Source: Octopus bimaculoides
Taxonomy: Eukaryota
Length of the DNA: 42,901 nucleotides
Reading direction: 5' to 3'
Assembly: GCF_001194135.2 (NCBI RefSeq)
Contig: NC_068984.1
Coordinates: forward strand, 139,132,457-139,175,357
Shown: positions 11,447-23,030 of the stretch, in pieces
Layout: every line of letters starts with the position of its first letter
Numbering within the stretch: position 1 is the first letter of the stretch
Position numbers and translations under genes: made by a program
The notes under the pieces: model-generated
The model's input: only the letters and a program-made list of their open reading frames with translations
Told to the model about the DNA's origin: nothing
Database searches by the model: none

Positions 11447-11600
11447 GTGGAGGTGGAATGGCCCAGTGGTTTGAGCAACGGATTCGCAGTCGTAGGATCC
11501 CGGTTTTGATTCCCAGACCGGGCGTTGTGAGTGTTTATTGAGCCGTTCAACTTGCTAGAAATATAAGCCAACTCTATCTGAAACTTTCCAGCCGTCTTAA
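11447..11600 (+). mobile_element. SINE 5' part, same head family as 3692-4079
   Basis: GTGGAGGTGGAATGGCCCAGTGG..GTCGTAGGATCCCGGTTTTGATTCCCAGACCGGGCGTTGTGAGTGTTTATTGA matches the reverse complement of about 3980-4078. Confidence 0.8.
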
Positions 11601-11627
11601 ATAAGAAGTCATTGAATAATTTAGTCC

Positions 11628-11970
11628 GGGGTACCCAACCACATGGTTCCCAATTCACTCCCACTGCGTGGCACCTTGGGCAAGTGTTTTCTACTATAGC
11701 CTCGGACCGACCAAAGCCTTGTGAGTGGATTTGGTAGACGGAAACTGAAGGAAGCCCGTCATATATATGTGTGTGTTTGTGTTGTACCCGACCATCACTT
11801 GACAACCGATGTTGGCATGTTTATGTTCACGTAACATAGCGGTTCGATAAAAGAATCCGATAGAATAAGTATTAGGCTTACAAAGAATAAATCCAGTGGG
11901 TCGATTTCTTTGACTAAAAGGTGATGCTCCAGCATGGCCGCAGTCAAGTGACTGAAACAAATAAACGAAT
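11628..11970 (+). mobile_element. 5'-truncated CORE-type SINE
   Basis: CCCACTGCGTGGCACCTTGGGCAAGTGT..GAATAAGTATTAGGCTTACAAAGAATAA..CCAGCATGGCCGCAGTCAAGTGACTGAAAC. Confidence 0.85.
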
Positions 11971-12004
11971 ATGTATATATATATATTTATATATATATCA
12001 CGAA

Positions 12005-12108
12005 GATATAGTAGAAGACACTTGCCCAAAGTGACACGTAGTGGGACTGAACCCGGACCCATGTGGTTGAGAAGCAAGCTTCTTACCACACATCCGCACC
12101 TGCGCCTC
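12005..12108 (-). mobile_element. CORE-SINE head fragment, inverted relative to the preceding copy
   Basis: TAGTAGAAGACACTTGCCCAAAGTGACACGTAGTGGGACTGAACCCGG..CTTCTTACCACACATCCGCACCTGCGCCT. Confidence 0.85.
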
Positions 12109-12408
12109 TTAATGATTTTTCTTTTTAAATAGTAATCATAATTAATTATAAAAATATAATAGGATTATTTAAACATCGAAATGTCTATGGGGGTCAATCT
12201 GAATAAAACAGGAATGAAAGTGCTCCCTAGGTGAAAAGTGGTTGAGAACAACTTGCTCAAGCAAACACCAACGCACTAAATTTTCTAGAAACATGTCAAA
12301 ACGCTGATCATGATTTGATACAGTTAATCAGGAAAGATACGGCAAGTCATTCCATCTATAGTATCTAAGCGTGAAGTAAGTAAACGTTGGTGTATCTTGG
12401 GGGGGGGG

Positions 12409-13049
12409 GTCATTACACCAGTAATATGCACACGCGGTGGTTCGATTTCACTTCTTTATCATTAGTCGATTGGTTAGTTATTTAAGCAAGTAACTAATCG
12501 ATATTGCTTGCTTAATCACTCTTAAGATACAATAACTTTTGTTTCAACTCTCGAAACGAAATAAATGTTTATCATTCTTCAGCTCTGATATGTTTTCCAT
12601 ACAGAGACAGAAAGGTATAATTTATTTCAGTCTAAAGCTACATATGGCTTTGGTTCATGCTGCAATTATTATTGTTATTGCTGTTGTTGCTGTTGTAGTG
12701 GTGTTGGTGTTGGGTGATTTTCGAAGTGAAGGTGAGGAATGATAATAGTACGAAATTATACAATTACGTAGAACAATTATCTTGTAGCGTCACTTATGAC
12801 CAATGCTTTGTCACTTGCTCTGTCCATGTTGACTACTTTAAGATGATAAACGATGGCTGATCAACTGATGTTCGAGACCGGGAGATTTGTTATTAATTAA
12901 TTAATAACAGAATAGCGTATTTGCAGAATACACCACGCTAGCAACGGTTAGATGAATACCTACAATTAGAATATGGAATTAATGATTGATTGAATAATTG
13001 TTGTTTTACACAGTGATTTCGTACCAGAACACATTAGAAGGTGTAATGA
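12409..13049. mobile_element. Ancient MITE-like element with imperfect TIRs (copy 1 of an unrecognised family)
   Basis: Starts GTCATTACACC (12409) and ends GGTGTAATGA (13040-13049). The first ~55 bp are about 85% identical to 28733-28790. Confidence 0.5.
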
Positions 13050-13569
13050 GATCAAATATAACATGTGCAATTACACCGTGTTACAAGTTATTCGGTCTGG
13101 TTTTTGAGATGTAATACGATATAATTCGTTTCAAAATTATATTCTGAAACACAGGAATAATTACGTTATGCCGTGAAACATTCACTTGAAGTTTTCATAT
13201 AATGTTGTATGTAACTTTAAACGCCAAAATACCTTGCGTAATTTGAATGTCAATCGATTAACTTGAAATGACAGCCAATTATCCCTCGAGTCAGATCAAC
13301 AACACGATCCTTAAAAAGGACATAGTAAACGTTCGAATCCTGAGTTCACTGCACATGAAAGGCAAAAAAAAAGAAAAAGAAAAATACAAGGGTGGATGTG
13401 ATTACAGGTGGTAAGCCTTTGGTAAGAGGTGACATGCGGCTAATAACACCTAGGACCGAAATGCATTCTTTAAACCATGATTAAGATTAGTGACTTAGTA
13501 ATTCGCGGCACAAACATGCACACAAACTAATACACACATACACATACCCCCCTCTCTCTTTCACACATA

Positions 13570-13950
13570 TATTAGATTTTCCCATAAATAATGTTTTTTA
13601 GTACTTATGTTATTTTTCAGTATTACGATAAACAAAGTTCTTTTTTTATCTAAAATATACTCTCCTTCATTTTCTACAATGCTCTTCCATCTATCTTGTA
13701 GACTTGCAAGGGCCTCTCTTCCAAAATTCACTTGTCCGTGACGAAAAATACTCTTCCAATACTGTTCTATCCTCGTGTACACAATTCATATTTTTTCCGT
13801 CCAAATGATTTTGAAGACTGTAGATAATTAGATGGGGCAATGTCCGGTGAATATTATGGGTGGGGCATCGTTTCCCATTCAAACTGCTCCAGCCTTTGGA
13901 ATGTCATCCTCGCTGTATGTGGCCGAGCATTATCTTAATGGAAGAACACC
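13570..13950 (-). mobile_element. Mariner (DD34D-type) transposase 3' fragment with terminal TIR
   Basis: Minus frames give DNARPHTARMTFQRLEQFEWETMPHP*YSPDIAP..SLQNHLDGK..LQDRWKSIVENEGEYILD. End TATTAGATTTTCCCATAA at 13570. Confidence 0.88.
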
Positions 13951-15039
13951 TTTCGACTTGTAACCAATGATGCGGTGGTAGCGGCGACGGTAGTAGCCGT
14001 AAGTGTGTTACGGTTGAAGTTTCTATCATTTCCAAGACTGACCAGTCTTGGCTTAGACATTAGAAAAGATCATTTATTTTGCAGGAATGTTCCCGCTTTC
14101 AGTTGCAAAGTTATGTACTGCATAACTCGCGAGTGTTATGGCTGAGGAAAGTGAAGAAAGCAAATACAAATCGAGGTAGTGAGTTGTCGTCCTACCGCCA
14201 TCTTAGTTCTAAGGTCGTCTGCTAAGCGCCTGTGTTTTATAAGGCTTAAACTGATGTGTAGTAACTAAGAACTGGTTCAGACACTTTGGAGTTTCTACAA
14301 ACTTTCGGCCCAGACAGTTTTACAAGGCTTGAACTGACCAGTAGAAAGTACTTACTCAAGTTCATCTGCATCGATGTGAATTGAAATTTTACAAAGCTAA
14401 ATTTACTGACCGAGCCTTGGACACAATGTTAGGTCAACGAGATGCGAACTATCGAACTTCTAACAATTCAGCTGGCTGAAACTTCCACTATATAAAACTA
14501 AGCATCGACTACACACGTATGCCAATTCGAATATTAAAACTTCATACTTTCAGAAGAGATTCGTGCCTAAAGGCTTACAGATACAAGATAAATAAAGTCA
14601 ATAACTGAAAAACACGTTCTCTCAAACTGTACAATATGTATCTAATGGTGACATTTACATTGAGAATATAAATAATGTTTTTTGATATAAATGGATATTC
14701 AGATGTCATACGCTACCGTATGAAATGTGTAACAACTGTTAAGAAAAAAATGTATATTTAAAAATGTATTTAAGAATAAATACACATCACAGATATTTTT
14801 TTCGCAAGGCTTGAAACGATTCGAGATTATCGCGGAAAACATTTTTCTTATTCATTCCTGCGCCTATGTGCTTTTAAGTAAAGTGAATTTTAAAAACAAA
14901 AATTTAATTAGCCCTTGACACAAATTACACGTTGTAATATAGATTAATGAGCGTATTATTTATATATAGCGCCAATCGTGTTTATATAGTCTATATTAGA
15001 ATCATAACTGTTAATTTTATAATTGTTCATATTCTTTTG

Positions 15040-16195
15040 GGTGTCTTCACTTTCTGAGTTGAAATAACGCCGAGGTCCTGTCGGGTTCGATAAATTAAAC
15101 TACCAGTCGAACACCGCAATAAATGTGATGGACTTCTCCCTCCCATCAAAATTGCCGACTTTGTGCCAAAATTAGAAAAGATTGCAAGCGGCGAGCTTTA
15201 GAATCGCTAGTGCGTCGCACAAAATGCTTATTGGAATTTCTCTCGGCTATTTACCTTCTGATTTCAAATAGCGCCGAGGTCTGCTATACCTTTTATTATT
15301 TTGGGATCGAGGTAAACAAATACTAGTGAAGTACTGGGGTTGATGTAATTAAATTCACACTCACCTCAAAATTGCAGGCCTTGTGCTAAAATTAGAAACC
15401 ATCAGGGAATACTGCATTTTGAATGGCTGTGTGGTAAGTAGCTTGCTCACCAACCACATGGTTCTGAGTTCAGTCCGACTGCATGGCACCTTAGCTAAGT
15501 GTCTTCTACTATAGCCTCGAGCCGACCAAAGCCTTGTGATTGGATTTGGTAGTCGGAAACGGAAAGGGCAAAGGTACCGTCGACTTTGCTCTCCGTCCAT
15601 TTGGGTTTGATGAAATAAGTACCAGTTACGCTCTGAGGTCGATATAATNNNNNNNNNNNNNNNNNNNNNNNNNNNNNNNNNNNNNNNNNNNNNNNNNNNN
15701 NNNNNNNNNNNNNNNNNNNNNNNNNNNNNCCCACTTCCCCCAAAATTTTCAAGGCCTTGTTCCTAGAGTTGAAATAATTATAATTCCAAATTTTATCACA
15801 AGATCTGCAATTTTCGTGAGACAGGAGAAGCCGATTACTTCTAGTATTTTATTTTGTCCACTCTAAAAGGTTAAAAAATATAGTTGACCTCAACGGAATT
15901 TGAACTCATAACTAAAGTCTCGGAAGAATGCCGGTAAGGATTTTGTCCGACGTGCTACTGATTGTGCTGACAGCTTTAAAGTGAGAAGCTGGCAGACCGA
16001 TTACCGAGGCGGGAAAAAATGTTTATCGGTATTTCTTCCGACTTTACGTTCTGAGTTCAAATGCCGCTGAAGTTGACTTTGCTTTTCATCCTTCCGGACT
16101 CGATAAAATAAGTATGTGTTGAATACTGGGTTCGATGCAATAAACTTAGTCCCTTCCCTGAAATTGCTGGTTTTGTGCTAAAATGTGAAATCAAT
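15040..16195. mobile_element. Cluster of about five Meta/MESC-like SINEs (orientations + + + - +) with a CORE-SINE head fused in at 15421-15580; includes gap N 15649-15729
   Basis: Repeated GAGTT(G/C)AAAT..GAGGTC(GAC)TTTGC..GATAAA..AAGTAC..GGCCTTGTGC modules; the 15781-15975 copy is reverse-complemented. Confidence 0.75.
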
Positions 16196-16799
16196 GTAAA
16201 TGATAGCTTGAATATAAAAATATCAAGAGGCCTATTGAGAAATAAGTAAATGGAGCCAAAGTAAATTATGTTTCGATTCTGGACCCAACATAAAGCTAGC
16301 CACTGAACATAAACTTTTGACTTTTGAAATGCATGGTGCTAGATCACATTATTGTCCCTAGCATTTCTTGACATTGATAATCACGTACTCACTTATTTAC
16401 GAACGATTAACTTAATGTAACATTCAGTCTTTAATATGTAGCAATGGTTTAGCATATTGATGCACAGCTTTGTAGAGGCGCTGTAACCAGAATTGACTCA
16501 GGCATATTAATGATATTTATGTTAATATCTGTGAATGTGATGAGAATAGCATTTGACTCCAGGATCATCATTCAAATACATTGATATACACGTAAACTAA
16601 TCTCATATATATTTATTTTACATAGAATAGATATGTTCCTTTCAAATATGTTTACATAGGTGTAAAATCGTACACAGACGCCTGTCTTAATGTAGGTCTG
16701 TGGTTGTAAGTTTTACGAAATTTTCATCAAACTGTTTTCTATATCAAACATCGGCAGTTAGTATCCTATCACCTGCTTGGATTCTGCTTATATTCTCTA

Positions 16800-17210
16800 T
16801 TACAATTTACTTGTTTCAGTCATTTGACTGCGGCCATGCTGGAACACCGCCTTTTAGTCAAGCAAATCGACCCCAGGACTTATTCTTTGTAAGCCTGGTA
16901 CTTCTTCTATCGGTCTCTTTTGCCCAACCGCTAAGTTACGGGGACGTAAACACACCACCATCGGTTGTCAAGCGATGTTGGTGGGATAAACACAGACAAA
17001 CAAACATATACACAGACATATATATATATATATATATATATATACGACGGGCTTCTTTCAGTTTCCGTCTACCAAATCCATTCACAAGGCTTTGGTCGGC
17101 CCGAGACTATAGTAGAAGACACTTGCCCAAGGTGCCACGCAGTGGGAATGAACCCCAAACCATGTGGTTCATAAGCAAGTTACTTACCACACAGCCACTC
17201 CTGCGCCTAT
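16800..17210 (-). mobile_element. Full-length, young CORE-type SINE
   Basis: Very close to the consensus of the window copies; ends CACAGCCACTCCTGCGCCTAT; internal (AT)n. Confidence 0.92.
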
Positions 17211-17507
17211 ATATTCTATATAGTGAACACTAAAATAGACCACTTAACCCAGGGCAAAAATATGGCCCAGGATAAAAAGAACGCAGAAGTAGTTACGAGG
17301 TAAAGTAAAGTGCCTGCTTAGATTTCAGAACTGTGTTCACTTCGTTTTGTAGATGCAAATTCTGCAGAAAATATTTAAGAACCAATGAATGATTAAACAT
17401 GGGAATAAAGACGAACAACATGATATTGTGTAATCCTTTACTTGTCTTTAATATCACATCATACCGAGGATATATTTCCCAGGCGCCCATGCAACATATA
17501 AAATGCA

Positions 17508-17725
17508 TACGAGGTGGGTGATGAAAAGTTCCTCGCTTTGGTTAAAAGAAAACACGGGAGGATCAATTAATTATGATTTTATTCAACATATTCCACTCTC
17601 AGACTATTCCACTCTCACACTTATTGCAGTGGCCTTTCAGTTTTTCTAAGCCCTGTAAAAGAAGGCCTCCAGCCAGGCCTTTCGCGATACCCTTAAAGCG
17701 AGGAACTTTTCAACACCTCTTAGTA
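17508..17725. mobile_element. 218-bp mariner-derived MITE
   Basis: TA-bounded TIRs TACGAGGTGGGTGATGAAAAGTTCCTCGCTTT and AAAGCGAGGAACTTTTCAACACCTCTTAGTA. Internal antisense remnant of a mariner C-terminus (LRVEYVE*). Confidence 0.85.
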
Positions 17726-19449
17726 TTTGAAATCTTTTCAACTTCCAGAATAAACTATGAATCATGATAGGAAAGCTTTATGTTACTCAGAACGTATGAA
17801 AAATAGGTGAACTAAGAATCTGTAACGTTTAGGACATACTTATGAGAGATAAAAGGGTTGAGTGATTCTATTGAACAGTATTTTTCATTTTTATTTTGTT
17901 ATTACCTTATCTATACGAAAACATGCTTATATCAGAGATGTGTATTTCCATTATCACTAAAGAGATCTTGCGACGCATTTTCTTTTGATTTTCATCTAAG
18001 TGAGTAAAATATGGAAAATCAAAAGAGCTGTTCGTTGCTGTGTAGTGAAATAATTCTTGAAATCAATTGATGGTAATGTAATAACTGTTGCTAAATAAAT
18101 ATGAAGGTGGAAAAAAACTGAAAATATATATTTCAGGTGTAATACCTAACATTATAGGATTTGCAGAACTATCTGACAATCGGACAGAATAACTTGCAGT
18201 TTTTCATTGCATTCTATTTTCCTTTTTTAATTTCAAGTTCAAATCCTGTCAAGATCAAATTTACATTTCATTATCCCGGAATCCACAAAATAAAGTACCA
18301 GCTCAGTATTTTGACCGATAGTATTGAGGTCGTGTGTCAGTATTTAATTCATTTCACGAAGCCCATTAAATTATTATGTACTTGTATCTTACACTGTAAA
18401 CGATTTTAAATTCTAATTAACTTTTAGGACAATTTACACGGCTTCTTTTCTCGCATGAACCTTGTTTACAGAGAATAATCACGTGGCACTTTTAGAAATT
18501 GTAGATCTCGTTCTGACAGTAAAATGCCTACAACTTCTGGATGTAGATGTCCAATTCCATGAGATTTATTATTCATAATTAACTAACACGGCCTTTAGAA
18601 ATCTCATATTTTATAAAATCTTTCCTTTCCATTCAAAAATTTTGTCTATTTCCATTTTAAAATTAACCTTTTGAAATTGATAAAATAAGTACCTGCTGAG
18701 CACTGGGGCCGATGTAAACGACTTGCCACCTCCCCAAAATTTTTCACACTTGTACCTGTAATAGAAATATATTCTTTGGAATATATTTACAATTTGGATT
18801 ATGAAGATGTATATATATATCAATGTCTTTCGGATATACGCTAGCTCTAATGCTTATCATAAATTCATAATCATTCATAAACTGATAAACAAGGACAAAT
18901 GTCGAGTCTCTCATTATATATGATAATCTTTAGTCTAAAAAGAGCGGATTGTAACACTATAGATTTTCTTGGCAACCTTTACACAGGAAACAATACATCT
19001 TCTCCTGTTCAATTTCTGTTGTATCCCGTATCATCAAATATTTAATATAGTTTTTGGTTCAGTTCTTTTATGGTACAATTCATACGGATAACTGAAATCA
19101 TTTCATACAAATATCAATTGTTCACTTCCGAAACTTATTCCCTATTAATAAAGTATTATCGATAAAAATCTTTCCTGTTGCTCTGATTTTTTAAAAAAAT
19201 TGACATTATATTTACTACTTGATAGATTATTTATACTCTAGGAGTAAATGTTTGAGTGATCATTCTAACGGGATTAACGGTGCATGCAAAATGAAATAGC
19301 TACCATTAATACTTAAACTAAATGGTAATGTTAACAATTTTTATATCACCTTGAAATATCTCCAAGGTAGGTCTTTAGAAAACTAAATAGGAATACAATA
19401 GCTCACTCATACACATATACTAACAAACACATATATACATGCATATATT

Positions 19450-19650
19450 GGTTTCAAATGTTTGTACAAGGCCAGCCTTTTCGAAGGAGCAGGTCGATTA
19501 CATTGAACCCAGTGCTCAAATGCTATTCATTTTATCGACCCCGAAAGAATGAAAGACAAAGTCGACTCGGGCCGCATTTGAACTTAGAACGTAAAGTTGG
19601 AAAAAATGTCACTTATCACTCCGCCCGGCTCGGCAACAATTCTCCCAGCG
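19450..19650 (-). mobile_element. Meta/MESC-like SINE
   Basis: ACAAGGCC..TTTTATCGACCCCGAAAGAATGAAAGACAAAGTCGACTC..ATTTGAACTTAGAACGTAAAG. Confidence 0.8.
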
Positions 19651-19653
19651 TGC

Positions 19654-19687
<34 letters not shown>

Positions 19688-19953
19688 NNNNNNNNNNNNN
19701 NNNNNNNNNNNNNNNNNNNNNNNNNNNNNNNNNNNNNNNNNNNNNNNNNNNNNNNNNNNNNNNNNNNNNNNNNNNNNNNNNNNNNNNNNNNNNNNNNNNN
19801 NNNNNNNNNNNNNNNNNNNNNNNNNNNNNNNNNNNNNNNNNNNNNNNNNNNNNNNNNNNNNNNNNNNNNNNNNTTATACTCTTTTGTATATATTAATATT
19901 CTTTTACTTGCTTCAGTCATTTGATTGTGGCCATGCTCGAGCACCGCCTTTAC

Positions 19954-19996
<43 letters not shown>

Positions 19997-20653
19997 CTTT
20001 CTTGATAATCCTAAATTTTATTTTTATACAACATAACAATATTGTTTATAATCAATCACCTATAGTACCCAATGATACAATTTCCTCTGTATTATCATCA
20101 TTGACTTTATTAGCGTTTTGCCCCTTTAACTGGTAACTAACATCTTGATTTGAGGTCTTCGACTATCCAACCTCCTTATAGTCAGTTACCGTATACTACT
20201 TCAAAATAATTTTGACAATTTTTATGACCATATATACTATGTTCTATCTCCTACACTTCCCTAACAGATATAATCCTCTAGTCTCAGATTTGGTAATTGA
20301 TAAACAAGACTAATTAATTAAAACTGAACCAAAATACGTTACAATCTATGACTCCAACAAATTTGTTCCTGATGTCTAGTAAATTCTAAGCTGAATTGGT
20401 CACAGCATGGACTTTGTCTGCTTACTCTGTATAAATTAAGTAAATTTATATTTATGTGTCCGACTTATTAAAAAATTCTATTTATTTACTTATGCAGCTG
20501 AGGATAGACCTGCATTTAAATTGATTTAAGGATTGCATTACTCAGTTAGATGGAGATGTGTATTCCTCTACCGATTTGCAACCACGGTTGGCTTATGTAC
20601 TTCCTCGTACCTAATCGGTTCCGCAAAAGATAGGATAAATACCAAGTCTTAAA

Positions 20654-21025
20654 ATAGGCGTAGGAGTGACTGTGTGGTAAGTAGCTTGCTTACCAACCAC
20701 ATGGTTCCGGGTTCAGTCCCACTGCGTGGCACCTTGGGCAAGTGTCTTCTACTATAGCCTCGGGTGGACGGAAACTGAAAGAAGGCCGCCGTATATATGT
20801 ATGTATATGTATGTGTGTGTATATCTTTATGTGTCTGTGTTTGTCCCCCCCCCCCAACATCGCTTGTTTACGTCCCCGTAACCTAGCGGTTCGGCCTAAG
20901 AGACCGATAGAATAAGTACTAGGCTTACAAATAATAAGTCCTGGGGTCGATTTGCTCGACTAAAGGTGGTGCTCCTGCATGACCACAGTCAAATGACTGA
21001 AGCAAGTAAAAGGGTAAAAGAGAGA
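20654..21025 (+). mobile_element. Young CORE-type SINE with a ~30-bp internal deletion, nested inside an older copy
   Basis: Consensus head ATAGGCGTAGGAGTGACTGTGTGGTAAG; lacks CCGACCAAAGCCTTGTGAGTGGATTTGGTA. The older copy's tail is split between about 20580-20650 and 21025-21090. Confidence 0.88.
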
Positions 21026-21926
21026 GTATCAAATTGTTCGGCTAAGAACTCCGTTGGGGGTGGAGTCTAATGACTGAAATAAAAGAAATGCGTGGTATTC
21101 TAGAAAGTTTAGAGTCCATATGCTGGCTTCTACATAACTGTGTATCTCTTCATAATGTTTCCGAAATTTCACAAGAGAATAACTCGTACAGTTCCTAATT
21201 ATACATACACACAAAATACAACTTCATATTCTTAACAATAATTTTCTCCTTTTAGAACTTATTTTCATTTTTTTTTTTTTCATTTTCCTTTACGCGATTT
21301 CAATGTCTGTTTAAATTCAGGTAGCAGGGATTTATTTAGTTTCAAGGCATTTTATGAAAGAAGTTTGTCTTGAAATCAATAATGCAATTTGCGTATCTAA
21401 TTATTTTATTTTATTAAAAGTTGTAAAATAACAGAAAAGAATTAGAAACCTTTGGGCTAAAATGCATGAAAATACAGCAATGTGGCCTGGTATTCACATC
21501 CATGTTTGAATAAATATATTGAAACTGAGCTCAAAAGAAAGTATATGGATGATACTAAAAGTCGTCACAGTAAATACCTAAAGAGAAACCTACACCGATT
21601 TGAATATCGCATTGTTTTCAAAGAAGGTATGTCATAGTAGCAAAATAATAAAGTTTGTAGTCTATTTAAAACACAGCAGCTGATACGTTTTCGGATTGAT
21701 CAAAACAGTTCCGTTCACAATTATTCCAAAGTAACAGGTTTCCTATTTAAAATTGCTTCAAGCTGAGTTTTATCGTTCCGTTCTACACAATACTTTACGC
21801 ATTCAAGAAGCAAATTCATATCATTTCCTTCATATAATCAAGCTCCCCAAGTCAATAATGATTTATACACACTCACACACACACACATACACACACACGC
21901 TCACGTGTATATATACATATAAATAT

Positions 21927-21960
<34 letters not shown>

Positions 21961-22029
21961 ATAATACGACAACGAAAGAATGAATGAGACCTCGTATTTT
22001 GTAAAATAGAAGAATTTATCTATAAATAT

Positions 22030-22497
22030 AATTAATATGTGACAATTAGTTGGTTGTCATAACAAAACTCCGGATGCCGAGGCTGAGGTTTTCTCCGACA
22101 TCTCAACAGTTATTAGCACAAACAAAAACGCTATGGAAAAAAAACGTTGAATAAAGGTAAATTTCTCCAATAGGCATGGCGAAAGTAAAACTTCGTTCAT
22201 AGAATCCGTATGTGCACACATATACACACACATAAATACATATACACACAAATAGATATATATATATACATACATGTATGTGTGTGTGCGCGGACTTGTA
22301 TGTTTGTGTGTATATGTGCATATGCTGATTCTATGAACAAAGTTTTATTTTCACCCTATTGGAGTAATTTCCCTTTATTCAAGGTTTTTTTTTCATAGCG
22401 TTTTTGTTTGTGCTAATAACTGATTAGATGCCGGAGTAGACGTCAGTCCCCGCATCCGAAACTCTGAGTTTAATTATGACAACCAACTCATTGTCAC

Positions 22498-22505
<8 letters not shown>
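22030..22505. repeat. ~470-bp imperfect palindrome (fold-back) with ~205-bp arms and a microsatellite spacer
   Basis: 22107-22135 is the exact 29-bp reverse complement of 22394-22422. 22038-22062 matches the reverse complement of 22474-22498 at 24/25. Similarity runs along both arms. Confidence 0.92.
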
Positions 22506-22540
<35 letters not shown>

Positions 22541-22833
22541 GAGGAAATACGAGAAAACGTCAAATAATCCGTTTTCAATGGCTGAACTCGATGTAGAAAG
22601 CTGTAAATAATAGCCAGCAAATATTGTATAAAAAAAACGTCGAAAGCAATCTTCGATTTTTTTGTTTTAATTCAGTATTTACACACTGTTATTTATAGCA
22701 CTTTTACTTCGAGTTAAACCGTTAAAACGAATTTATACAAGTATATCTTTCATAGAAAATGTGTTTAAAACGATATACATGCGCCACAGGATTGTTTACA
22801 TCAATAAAATGTAAGCGAGCTGAATTATAAAAA

Positions 22834-22839
22834 GTAAGT
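22834..22839 (+). promoter_or_regulatory. Candidate 5' splice donor (GTAAGT) of an upstream non-coding exon
   Basis: Perfect GTAAGT 193 bp upstream of the acceptor. An alternative perfect donor AAG|GTATGT lies at 21627. Not distinguishable without RNA data. Confidence 0.4.
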
Positions 22840-22996
22840 CGTCAAAAGATTTCCTTTAACATTGCTTTTCATTATATGCCACCATTATTCATTTGGTTCT
22901 CACCGCAACAACTCATACGGACCGAGTGTTTGAATCAAAATTTTCTTTTTACTCTTATTTCATCTAATCTTTATTTACGCTCTTTTTATTTCTTTG

Positions 22997-23026
22997 TTCT
23001 AATTTCTTTACTCCTTCATTTTTCAG
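22997..23026 (+). promoter_or_regulatory. Branch point + polypyrimidine tract + 3' splice acceptor of the prepropeptide coding exon
   Basis: TTCTAAT (22997-23003), TTCTTTACTCCTTCATTTTT, then CAG ending at 23026, followed by GAGG-ATG. Confidence 0.85.
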
Positions 23027-23030
23027 GAGG

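Noticed and set aside
14085-14178. Possible exon (TTTTGCAG acceptor at 14084, GTAGTG/GTGAGT donor, one open frame ECSRFQLQSYVLHNSRVLWLRKVKKANTNR); similar isolated acceptors near 9832, 18135 and 26406
   Set aside because: Such motifs are common by chance in AT-rich DNA, and there is no recognisable product or consistent exon chain.
15649-15729. 81-N gap inside a SINE
   Set aside because: The flanks fit the SINE consensus with only a few bases missing, so the gap is probably overestimated rather than hiding a feature.
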